64,000 nucleotides of DNA from the NCBI GenBank assembly GCA_964276515.1, contig OZ193909.1, positions 7,254,001-7,318,000 on the forward strand, read 5' to 3'. This document shows positions 12,761-23,644 of the stretch, one piece after another. This DNA comes from Gordius albopunctatus (lineage: Eukaryota). The notes beneath the pieces were generated by a model. It did not search any database, was not told the origin of the DNA, and was given only the letters and a program-made list of their open reading frames with translations. A program made the translations under genes and the position numbers. Numbering within the stretch: position 1 is the stretch's first letter; each line of letters starts with the position of its first letter.

Positions 12761-14400
12761 AAAAACTCGGGCCTTCGGCCCTCGTGGGAAGGGGGAAGGG
12801 GAGGGAAGGGGGAAGGGGAGGAGGGGAAGGAAGGGGGAACTCATCTACACTCCGTATAAATGTATCATATTTGCTATGCAATTTATGGAAATACTTACGT
12901 GAATATTGTAAAACGAAGGTTGGAAGCACTAAATAAGTGTATATGCCAAATATCATAAAGGGGGAGAGAGGGAGCGAAGGGGAAGCTTTATGGTTAGTTA
13001 AATTCTACGGGAGTTGTATTACCAAAAAGTCATAATAGCAATGGTAGGAACAGGAACAATCATAATAGTCAAAGAAAACGAAAAAAAAATTTTCGAATCA
13101 CATTTTGGCCAAAGGTCATTTTTTCCATTGGTCAGCAGCCAGGACACGGTAAAAGTGGATATAAATTCATAATAGTCAAAAAAAAACGAAAAAAAAGTTT
13201 TCGAATCACATTTTGGCCAATGGTTATTTTATTCCATTGGTCAGCAGCCAGCGGACGGCCAAAAAGTCATAATAGCAATGGTAGGAACAGGAACAATCAT
13301 AATAGTCAAAAAAAACGGAAAAAATAATTTCGATTCACATTTTGGCCAATGGTCATTTTTTTCCATTGGTCAGCAGCCAGGACACGGTAAAAGTGGATAT
13401 AAATTCATAACAGTCAAAAAAAAACAAAAAAAAAATTTTCGAATCACATTTTGGCCAATGGTCATTTTATTCCATTGGTCAGCAGCCAGCGGACGGCCAA
13501 AAAGTCATAATAGCAATGGTAGGAACAGGAACAATCATAATATTCAAAAAAAACGAAAAAATAAACTCGGATACACATTTTGGCCAATGGTCATTTTTTT
13601 CATTGGTCAGCAGCCAGCGGACGGCCAAAAAGTCTTATTATCATTGATAGTAACAAGAACAATCATAAGAGTCAAAAAAAACTCCGGGATTCTAACCCAA
13701 AAACTAGATAAATTGCATAGCAATTATTAAAAAGTATAGGGTAATTATCAATGTTAACCTATTCAAAAACGAACAAAAATTTTTTATTTATTTGGCCAAT
13801 GGTAATTTTTTTCAATTATCAATGTTAACTTATTCAAAAAGGAAAAACGAAAAATTAGGATTTATTTGGCCAATGTTCATTTTTTCATTGGTCAGTAGCC
13901 AGCGGACGGTCAAAAAGTCATATTATCAATGGTATTAACAAGAACAAAATATTAAATTAATTAAAAAAATAAAAATTTTGCCCTCTCCGGGATTCGAACC
14001 CACATTAAATAGAGGCATAAGCCTTTGGAGGGGAACAGGGAACCATATAAATAGAGCCATAGGCCCTTGTAGGGGAGGGCATAGGGTAATTATCAATGTT
14101 AAACTATTCAAAAACGAAAAATTAAAAATTTCAATTTATCTGGCAAGTGGTCATTTTTTCATTGGTCAGTAGCCTGCGGACGGTCAAAAAGTCATATTAT
14201 CAATGGTATTAACAAGAAAAAAATATTAATTTAATTTAAAAAAAAAAAAAAAATTTTGTCCTCTCCGGGTCTCGAACCCGCAACCTCCAGGTCGGGAAGC
14301 TGGTGTAAATAACTTGGTAGACGGACGGACGGACGGACGGACAACCAAAAACGAGCCCATAAATTGCATAGCAATTAAAATAAATTGCATAGCAATTAAA
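12761..14400 (-). mobile_element. HINE/DINE-1-like element with central tandem array
   Basis: Read on minus: TT, subTIR ATTGCTATGCAATTTATGGGC, (GTCC)n microsatellite 14321-14342, tandem repeats, inverted subTIR (~12869-12888), stem-loop GGGCCGAAGGCCC, T-run. Near-identical to 51019-53747 apart from internal indels. Confidence 0.85.
13020..13680. repeat. Higher-order tandem repeat (alternating ~108 and ~129 bp monomers)
   Basis: Core TTTTGGCCAATGGTCATTTTTTCCATTGGTCAGCAGCCAG recurs at ~13101, 13209, 13338, 13447 and 13576 with two alternating spacer types. Confidence 0.9.
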
Positions 14401-14685
14401 AGGGTTTTTTTATAGTGTTATATTTTTAATTATTTTATTCATAAATTCATCAATATCTCAACCCGAATTACAAATGTTAAAGATTATTTATACCATGTGA
14501 TCTCATGGGCGTAGTCAATTTAAATTATAAGGGGCAGTTTAGGTAGGGGAAAAAATGTTTTTAGATCAAAAAATTTTGGATTTGGAGGGGGGGGGGAGCT
14601 GTCCAATCTTGCCGTCCCCTTTACACCGTCTAGCAATATTGAATAAATCAATTCAATACCGTTACAAAATCGATTAGTATAGATA

Positions 14686-14865
14686 AACTCGGGCATTCGG
14701 CCCTCGTGGGAAGGAGGAGGGGAGGGGAAGGGAAGGGGGAAGGGAGGTGCAGGAGGGAAGATGGAACTAAACTCATCTATACTCCGTAGTCCGTATGAAC
14801 GTAGCATATTTGCTATGCAATTTATGGGCGAGAAAGGTGGGAAGGGACGAGAATGCCTATAGGGT
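14686..14865 (-). mobile_element. HINE hairpin-end fragment
   Basis: AAACTCGGGCATTCGGCCCTCG, G-rich tract and subTIR TTTGCTATGCAATTTATGGGCG. Confidence 0.75.
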
Positions 14866-15538
14866 AGTGAAGGTGAAATAGCGTTTGATAGGCGCTAAAG
14901 CTATAGCACATAGTCACACGAGGGCGCTAGAGCTGTAGGAGATAGTCACATAAGGTGCTAGAAGTATAGCGTGGCGCTATCATTGTTATGATTTTTTATT
15001 GTTAAGTAGCTTATGCACACATGTGGTTTGAACTAAGTTTCTAGGCTAATTTAATTAATAAGCTCAGAGTCCGGGTTATAAATAAGTGACCTAAATTAAG
15101 TATGAAAGACGCAGGCATATAAATAGACAAATTCTGGTCTGACGATATATTTATATATTCAAGAAAGTTAATTTCCATCGATCTATAAACAAGATTTTTA
15201 GATCTGTTATTTATAATTAAATAATTTTAATATTTATATTTTAGGCTTTTTTAATAGTTCTGTATTAAATATAAATTTAGTCCCTCGTATAGAATACTTT
15301 TAAAATAATTTAACCGTAGTTCTAAGGATTTATAGTTTTCAAGTAAATGTATTATAAAACTTATATTAAAAAAATTATGAAGGACTAGGCATGGTTTTTT
15401 TTATTTTCGAATATTTTGTAACAATAATATTAGACTTATTAAAAAATCAAAAAATGCAGGAAAAATCACACAAATAAGCACTTTGAAATACCACGAGGAA
15501 AATTTAATATGTTAAAATCAGAGTTTAAAATTTGAATA

Positions 15539-16448
15539 TCCTATATATAAAAATGAAACTATGTATGTGTGTGTATGCCGCCACCAATTTTAAAAAAATA
15601 CCAGACCGATTTGGCTCAAAATTTCACACTTTATTTCTGACACTCCGGAGCATGTTTTAAGATTTGTTCGAGCCAAATCGGTCCAGTAGTTATCGAGTTA
15701 GTTTGTTTTATACGTTTTAAAGTTTAATAAAATGTAAATCAAACGCAACCTCATGACGTAGTGCGTATCAATCGTGTTCCTTGAAAATTTTAATATACAG
15801 TTGTTTAATAAAATTGTATCACTTCACTTATAGTATTTTCTAGACCGTCATGCGTGTAGGTATGGTAGTGTGATAAATGTAGGCACGTGCTGCGGAAAAT
15901 GGAAACTTTTTCCGATTTGAAACATTAAATCAAAGTCTTTTTTTTAATCTTATTTTTCACGTAAATTATTATTATAGGACGGTCGTGTCCCCTCCTGCGT
16001 GGCTAAATAAATTAAAAAATCTCATTTTATCATTTTTTGCGCGTTAAATAAGGAGAAAAATAAAGATACTTTTAACAAAGTGCCAATAAATGTTGATATA
16101 TCTCAGTTATTTGGACATTATTAAGTTCAGAATTAAACGTTTTATTCAGAAACAAATAATTATAATTATGATATTGTTTCTTAATTACAAAAAAATTAAA
16201 AAATTGCTTGAAGGGCCTGGGGCCAAAGATTTTTCCCTTGGGGGGGGGGCATGGGGCCAGGTTTTCTCTCTTGGATGGGCCTAGGCCTTGGACCCTCTTT
16301 AACTATTTGTGTAAAATTTTTGCATAATAAACACTTACCAATTATATTTGATATATTCTTAATCTATTGAAATTTATCTATAAGATGATATATATTCTGC
16401 TAATACAACCGGGTAAATGGCAAAGCAACGTTTGCCGGGTTCATCTAG
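15539..16448 (+). mobile_element. Non-autonomous Helitron
   Basis: Inserted between A and T with no TSD. 5' TCCTATATATAAAAATGAAA; 3' hairpin GGCAAAGCAACGTTTGCC followed by GGGTTCATCTAG. Confidence 0.85.
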
Positions 16449-16696
16449 TTTAGAATAAAATAAGGATCATATGTAAGAGACTTTATGAAAAAAATATGAA
16501 TGGTATTTAAGGTAATAATAATAGAAAAGGGCTTATTGATCAATAATTATACCCGCTTCCCCCTTGCGTACGGCCATGTGGTTTAGAAACCTATGCTTGT
16601 CAAAGGTTCAAAACGGGAGAAAGTTTTAATAGTGAGCGTGGCTTTTATATTAATGTAAATAAGTTATAATAAAATAAAGAATTGATATTAATGTTA

Positions 16697-18975
16697 TGTT
16701 ACTATTTCTATCATTTATTTAAAAATACTCATTTGATCTTATCTTATGTCCATTAAGGATATTTAATTAGAACTACATAATTTATTCGCCGACATATGTA
16801 AATCCAGTCCCAATCAAATGCGAAAAATAGTTATGCGAAATATAAACGCGAAAGAAGTTAATGTTTTTAACATCTGATCCTACTCAGAACAAAGAGAAAA
16901 TAACTTGCAGTTCGCTCCTTCGAGCGTGACTGCCTTGCCAGCACAGCTGGAACTTGTACCACGGGTATACATATCATAAAGGGTCGTGAAAGAGATGAGG
17001 CGAGTGGCAACGCGTATGCATTAATGCGCGCCTAATACATCAATGAGAGACAGATGAGGAGTGTTTGTGTGTGCGTGGGGAAAGACGTTATCCAACTACA
17101 ACACCATACCATTAAAGATAACCTCCTCCGACCCGAGTGTTGACTTCCAAGCACGGTCGTCGGATTTGAGTTTTTTTGACCGCATAAGTTGTCGTACGTA
17201 TCGAATTGTATTGAACGTTTCCTGGATCAATTTCTCGTTCGGTCTTTTCGATTGGATTTCATCGTTGACCGTAAAATTGAATCGCACTTCCCCATCGAGT
17301 TTGCTAGGGGGGTTCTATCCTGAGCATCGTTTGGTTCGGGATACTGTACCCAATTGTTTTCGTTTAACGCAACCCAAAGTAGCTTTTTTAGAGCGAGACA
17401 GAAACATCTTCGCTACCCTAAGTCGTTCAGGCCGCTTCTCCATAAAAGCGGCTAGCCTCTCGATCAAAGAGTACGATATTTCCTTCAATTATAGGTGAAG
17501 TCGCTATGCCGCACATAAGCTATCGGCGCCGACATAGGCACAAGCGACATAATTAAGTGTAAAAATTGTCATCAGGCGTATCTCGCATAAAATGTAACTC
17601 CGCCTACCATAATCACTTGGGAGCTATGAACTCCATAACGGTAATCTTGGACCTGACAACGATGATATTACCTCTTCTTCGATTACATGCGAGGTAACCA
17701 ACCCAAAAAATAAATTGATCATGCGCAGGGGCAAAATTATTTGCCCATCCAGGAAACTCGACCTCATCAAACCTAATTAAAGGTGATAGGGCATATAGCC
17801 AAAAAAAACCGGTCATAACAGGCCTCCGAATTAATTAAACGCGTCAGAGACGCCGCACCCCTAGGCGCCACACCTGAAGGTGTACCGACGCTTAGCGTCG
17901 TCAATGGTCTCATTAATTCGCTTCTCGGTTACACGTGCGCTCATGCAATAATTTAATATCCAAAACCTCGTCGTGCACGTATTGCTCACGTTACGTCGCG
18001 TCATCTTTCCCTCCCGCCATATTCCGATCATCAAGCAGGTACCGACAGAATTTCCAGAACCGCAATAGCGTCTCACAGCACCGGAATCACATACCCTCGG
18101 CGCTCTATTATCGGACTGTCAGATACCAGCTGATCAATCAAGGACCATAACGGATAGCGATTGACGGTAACATGCCCGTCAATCATATTCATAAATATTA
18201 AATGAATTCCATGCGAAAAAGCGAAAAAATTTGAAGGAATAAAACATGCATTATAAAAAATGTTTACCTTCGCGAGATTCTATTGGGACTTATGAATGAA
18301 CTCATCGTATTTAAAAATATTGCCACACCCTTATTAATGCCCAAAAACTTATGTTAAAATAGCAATCAAAATAGTTGCATTCTTTATATTTTACTTCTAA
18401 TATTTCTAGATTAACATTACACCAACCAAAAAATGAATAAAAACCATAAACATTATTTTTACTTTTTAAAGCTTATTAAATGTAAATGTATCCCTTTTTT
18501 ATTCTGACACCAATGTAAATAAAAATAATTAATTTACAAACACACAAGAGAATTACAAATTATTATTTAGATTAATTTTATGTTACTATTTCTATCATTT
18601 ATTTAAGAATACTCATTTGATCTTACCTTATGTCCATTAAGGATATTTAATTAGAACTACATAATTTATTCGCCGAAATATGTAAATCCAGTCCCAATAG
18701 AATGCGAAAAATAGTTATGTGAAATATAAACGCGAAAGAAGTTAATGTTTTTAACATCTGATCCTACTCAGAACAAAGAGAAAATAATTTGCAGTAGGCT
18801 CCTCCAGCACAGCTGGAACTTGTACCACGGGTATACATATCATAAAGCGTCATGAAAGAGGTGAGGGGGGGGGCAACGCGTATGCATTAATACGCGTCTA
18901 ATACATCAATGAGAGAGAGATGAGGATGAGGAGGGTGTGTGTGTGCGTGGGAAAAGACGTTATCCAACTACAACA
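16697..18975 (-). mobile_element. Degenerate LTR retrotransposon
   Basis: Diverged direct repeats 16697-17103 and 18581-18975 with minus-strand termini TGTTGTAG..TAGTAACA. Imperfect 4-bp TSD GTTA/ATTA. GC-richer ~1.5 kb interior with broken ORFs; no PBS seen. Confidence 0.8.
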
Positions 18976-19066
18976 ATTAACATGATGATGATGTTTTTTA
19001 AATTAAAACTTTTTGTTTGCCACAGACTTGAATAATGGCAAAATAAGCGAGTACCTGATTAAAATA

Positions 19067-19265
19067 TGCAATTTATGGGCTTGCTTTCTGTTGTCCGTCC
19101 AACATGTATCTTAATTGCTGGTTCGGATCCCGGAGAGGACAAATTTATTTTAATTAATATATTATTCTTGTTAATACCATTGATTACATGACTTTTTGGC
19201 CGTACGCTGACCAATGGAAAATTGACCATTGGCCAAATTGTGAATCGATTTTTTTTTGTTTTTTT
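19067..19265 (+). mobile_element. HINE fragment in opposite orientation
   Basis: TGCAATTTATGGGC, GTCCGTCC, GGTTCGGATCCCGGAGAGGACAAA and one inverted tandem monomer. Confidence 0.7.
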
Positions 19266-19657
19266 AAATGTATATATTGTTTATTTGAACGTAAGAATGT
19301 TATAAAAAACGAAGTGTCAAAATTCGAAATTCGCACAATAGATTTGCTTTAAATAGCGAGCACGGCTGAAATATTTGAGATTTGGTTACTAGCTTACCAG
19401 AAGATTTAAATTTTATTCTTTAACATTTTTTACTCAAGTCAGACAAGATGCAGATTGCTATTTTCTTTTTAAATAAAATTTGAAGGGGGTTATTTTGATC
19501 TATAAGATGAATAAACCATCAAGTAAAAAAATCAATTGGATTTTAAGGAATGTAAACAATTGATTTACACTAATTAATCAGACTCATTTATTCTTTTAAA
19601 ATGATTATCCTAAACTTAATTGCCGGTATATTTTGTCTTATGATCAAAGATTCTGCT

Positions 19658-20822
19658 TAGAGAACTGCACGGGTGACCCGACCCGAGCGGGTCGGGTAGA
19701 AAATTTGAAAATGCTTTCGGGTCGGGTCGGGTCAAATTTTTAGAATCGGGTCCAAGTTTATACATTGTAAAAAACATGCGAGACCTATTTTTTTCTAACA
19801 AAAAATATAATATAAATTGTATATATAAATCATATATTTTAGATATATATAAATAAGCACACTATTTTGCAACTTTTATGACTTTTTGCCAGCTGTCCAT
19901 TTCGCCAGGGGGCTGGATTTCCTCTTTTTTAAATTTTAAAACTCTGAACTCTGAAGTGCTAGCTAATTCTCATCACTAATTCAAACTACATAAATTACTC
20001 CTGTTTTTAATTTGACTATTAAAAGGTTAATTATTTCAATAAAGTTATATTTTAAATTTTTTAGTGTTAATCGTAAAGATTTAGCTACTCCTCATCATTA
20101 ATTTAAATTACATTTAATACATATTCAAAGATAACTTAAAAGTAAGATATAATTTTAATTATCATTATAGTGAATGAGGATATTGATTGAAACAAATGTA
20201 TACAGAGTAGAAAAAAATGTAACTGGGAAATCAAAGGTGTGGGACATGTTTCAATTGATATTTGATGAAAATAATACCAAATTAAATTTTGTAAGTTGTA
20301 GTGGATGTCAAGCAATTTATTCTTACATTGCAACTTCTAACGGTAATTTGTTATACTATTAAAAATATATTATTTGTAATATTTATAAATATAGTAAACC
20401 AAAATATGAGTACTATTACTACCTTTTTTATTTATTTTGTTTTTTAAACTAATTATATTAAATAAAATTAGGAACTAACCACCTAAGTAAGCACATTTGT
20501 CATAATAAGAAGAAAGATCAACAACCAATTGATGGTTTTTTGGCTACTAAACATGTACCTCTTAACAATAAAAATATATTTAAAATCAAAAAAGACATTA
20601 CCACGAAAATTGTTGATTTTTGTGCAAAAGATCTTTTCATGGTGATGGTTTTTTGGATTTGTGCTCCCATTTAATTTATATTGGGAGCGTAGACAAAATC
20701 TGTGGTTACAGTTTGTTTCATTAATAGTACTTTTATTTGTCGATTTAAATTTACACCGCAATTTTTGCGCTCGAAAGTAATTTGTTTTAATAATTTTTCG
20801 GGTCGGGTCGGGTTCGGGTTGA
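19658..20822 (+). mobile_element. hAT transposon remnant with BED zinc finger
   Basis: TIR TAGAGAACTGCACGGG; ACCCG/CGGGT subterminal repeats; KSKVWDMF..VSCSGCQAIY..(intron)..GTNHLSKHIC BED motif at 20174-20500. Confidence 0.8.
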
Positions 20823-20829
20823 AAAAAAG

Positions 20830-22772
20830 TGACTTCGCAAAGGTAAATTTTTTTGCTAATTATTTATTACCGGAATATTATATTGTTTTATTGAACACAT
20901 AGATTTAGGAATGAATAATAGAATAAAAATATTTTTATTTAAAGGTCTTGATTGCGTAGGTGACAATATAATCGAGGATATGAATTAGTGCGAACGCGTT
21001 CATTTTATTGATGAACGCGTTCGAATTTAACGTTCGTTCAATTTAAAAAACCTTTTTTATTTGAGAATTAATGTTAATCCAAATTTTTAACAAACAAATC
21101 TTATATTTTTTAATCAGCTGTTTTCCCTGTTTCCTATTACCAATTCCAAAATACTTTTAACATACTATATCGTGCAAAATAAGATAAGATTAAAGTTAAT
21201 TAATTTGGTATTATTAATTATAGTTTATTTTATAAGTTATCATGGACAATCATAATATTATATCGTCCTCATCTTCAGATTCTGAATATTCAAAATCAGC
21301 AGATGAATTGAAATTGCCATGGCCAAAATATGAAAAATATTTTTCACTCGTTTCATATAAAGGATCGAATTAAATAATTACCAAATGTAAAATGTGTCCA
21401 AAAAGTATGATCTCTGTATCCAGGTGGCCTTGGATTAAACTTCGAGAAAATGAACCTTTAAAGAATAAACTTTTAGTGTTATTGAAAAAAGGGATTCAAA
21501 CCACTAGAATTGAAAATTAAAGAGCTGTCTATTCCGAGATATATTTTTTTCACGAGGAAGTAGACGGCGGATTGGAGGATGATATCTTGTCGCAATTTTT
21601 TGAAGCGAGGGACAAAGCATTAGATGTTTTTAATAAATTTCCTCCTTTGAAAAATTTGTTTATTAACCTCATCTGCCCCTGTGGAGCGGGTTTTTAGTAT
21701 GGCTAATGCTGTATTAACTGCTAAGCGTTCCTGCTTATCAGGTGACAATTTCGAAAAACAATTATTATTAAAAATCAATAAGAAAATAGATTATATTGAT
21801 TTATAATTATATTGTCGAAATAAAACTATTATTTTTTATCGTGGCTATTTATTGTATTAAAAAATATAAGACATTTATTTTTATTTGATTTAAAAAAAAA
21901 TTATTATAAAATTTTGAACGAACGTGAACGCCTTCATGAACGTAAACGCGTTCCTTTTTTTAAACGAACGTGAACACGTGATTCGATATTTGTCAATGAA
22001 CGTTGAACGCGTTCGATTTTTTACAAATGTTTACAGCACTAATATGAATGTTTTAGAAAATAATTGTTTTTGCAAAGCTAACTATTGGGGTAAACGATGT
22101 TAAAAAGGTAGCCCACATATATTTGGTATTTATGTATGTTTTTAGGTTTTATATAGATATGATATTTATTTGAATAATCGCTCATAATTCTAGTTCATAG
22201 AGTACAGCTGTGGTATAAATTAAATTTTTAAAACAGATTTGCTGATAATAATTGAAAGGTGTTTAACATTTCCTTATAGCATTTGTCCCTGCCCTGTAGA
22301 CCGCTCTATATCTATCTTTATTAATTCAAGATTATATAATTTTAAGGCTATTAAACTGGTTTTTTGAGTCTAAATAATTATTAAAATAGGTAGGACATAT
22401 GGTAATATCTTTTTTAAGGATACCCAAATAATAAAAATGCAAACTTAAATTTCTAAATGTTTTTTACATATAGCATAAATTCATAGACTGTATTCTCTAA
22501 GATTAGATTTTCCCATTTATTGTTAAGCATGTGACTGCGTACCAAACAACACCAACCTGTGTAACATGTTAACGGGGCAATGTAGGTTTCTATGGAGCTA
22601 ACTGTTCCGGAGGTTAAAAGCACATTTACATTTTAATTTATTATATTTATTTTTGTTATCTTATGCAATTTGAGACAGTTTGTGATTGCAAAAACACCGC
22701 TTACTGCATAGAAGAAACGGCTAGTTGTGTTTGTCGCGGACACAGACATCCCTTTAATGAGCGCTGCGACAT
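20830..22772 (+). pseudogene. Disrupted paralog of the EGF-repeat gene
   Basis: The exon-2 homolog (GLDCVGDNIIEDMN...CFCKANYWGKRC*) is split by a hAT insertion at 20986-22041 and has a stop codon. Exon ~22528-22611 (CDCVPNNTNLCNMLTGQC..FYGANCSG) has a frameshifting deletion. Exon ~22679-22773 reads CDCKNTAYCIEETASCVCRGHRHPFNERCDI. Same exon order as the minus-strand gene. Confidence 0.85.
20986..22041 (+). mobile_element. Internally deleted hAT element inserted in the EGF pseudogene exon
   Basis: Ends TAGTGC..GCACTA; perfect 8-bp TSD ATATGAAT at 20978-20985 and 22042-22049; GAACGCGTTC subterminal repeats; BED start and SSAPVERVFS dimerization remnant. Confidence 0.9.
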
Positions 22773-22784
22773 AAGTAAATATAT

Positions 22785-23644
22785 TCGGATCGGATTAACA
22801 TTTTAATTTTGGAAGTCAGATCGGATCAACATTTTATTTTAGTCGGATCGAATCGGATACAATAATAATTAAATTAATAATTTTTAGTATACCTTTTCGT
22901 AATTATCTTTGCATTCTTTTTTTACTTTACCATTTTTGATACCCAATACCACCTCCTTACCCCTTACTTACCCTAATATATTTATCAGAATTTCCCTAGC
23001 GTTTTTCCCTAGCTAGACGTAGACACGCATCTCTTTCTATTTCATTTCAACTCAACTCCAAAAATCATCAATCACTCCTCTCCCCTTTCCTTAAAGCACA
23101 CGCGTAGCTCCTTTCCCTCTTGATTCCTATCCGGGTAATCATGAATGATGTAGCTTGCCTTCTTAGAAGCAATCTCCATGGTGCGATTGCAAATATGATT
23201 CAAAAAAAGATTTGCTGAAATGGTGGGTTTCATATCAAACAGTCCTGCCAAGGCTTTATAAGCTGGCAAATAAATTTTTAGCTATACCTGCTACCTCTAC
23301 CACTTCGGAAAGAAATTTCTCGGTGGCTGGAAGAACATTAGAAGAAAGAAGAACGCGAATTAAACCAGAAAATTTAGATTCTTTATTATTTTTATATGAT
23401 AACATGGAATTAGTCAAATAAAATTTTATATTTCAAGTATATTAAAATTGCTATACCTTATTTTTATGTATTTTGAATTTAATCATCAATAAAAAGTTTT
23501 GTTCGTAAAATTTTAATTAAAAAATTTCGGATCGGATCGGATGGGATTTAGATTTTAAAAAACTCGGATCGGATCGGATGGATACGAAATTTTTTAAAAA
23601 CCCCTCGGATCGGATCGGATCAGAGCCAGATCCAGATCAGCATG
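22785..23644 (+). mobile_element. hAT transposon remnant
   Basis: ORF 23212-23421 WW..LPRLYKLANKFLAIPATSTTSERNFS is a hAT C-terminal dimerization domain; (TCGGA)n subterminal repeats on both sides; right end GATCAGCATG. Confidence 0.8.

Noticed and set aside
13020..13680. CRISPR-like palindromic repeats with spacers (also 52000-52740 and 30900-31450)
   Set aside because: Spacers recur in alternating classes, the context is eukaryotic, there are no cas genes, and the arrays lie inside transposon ends.
13278..13730. Repetitive K/F-rich ORFs in the arrays (also 5979-6411 and 52280-52570)
   Set aside because: Frames are broken by variable A-runs between near-identical copies; non-coding repeat artefacts.
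13978..14310. tRNA genes
   Set aside because: Only T-arm/B-box halves; no A-box or full cloverleaf could be built.
1649..19657. Composite transposon between inverted hAT ends at 1648 and 19658
   Set aside because: The same end type faces the interval from both sides and no shared TSD is seen; independent insertions are simpler.
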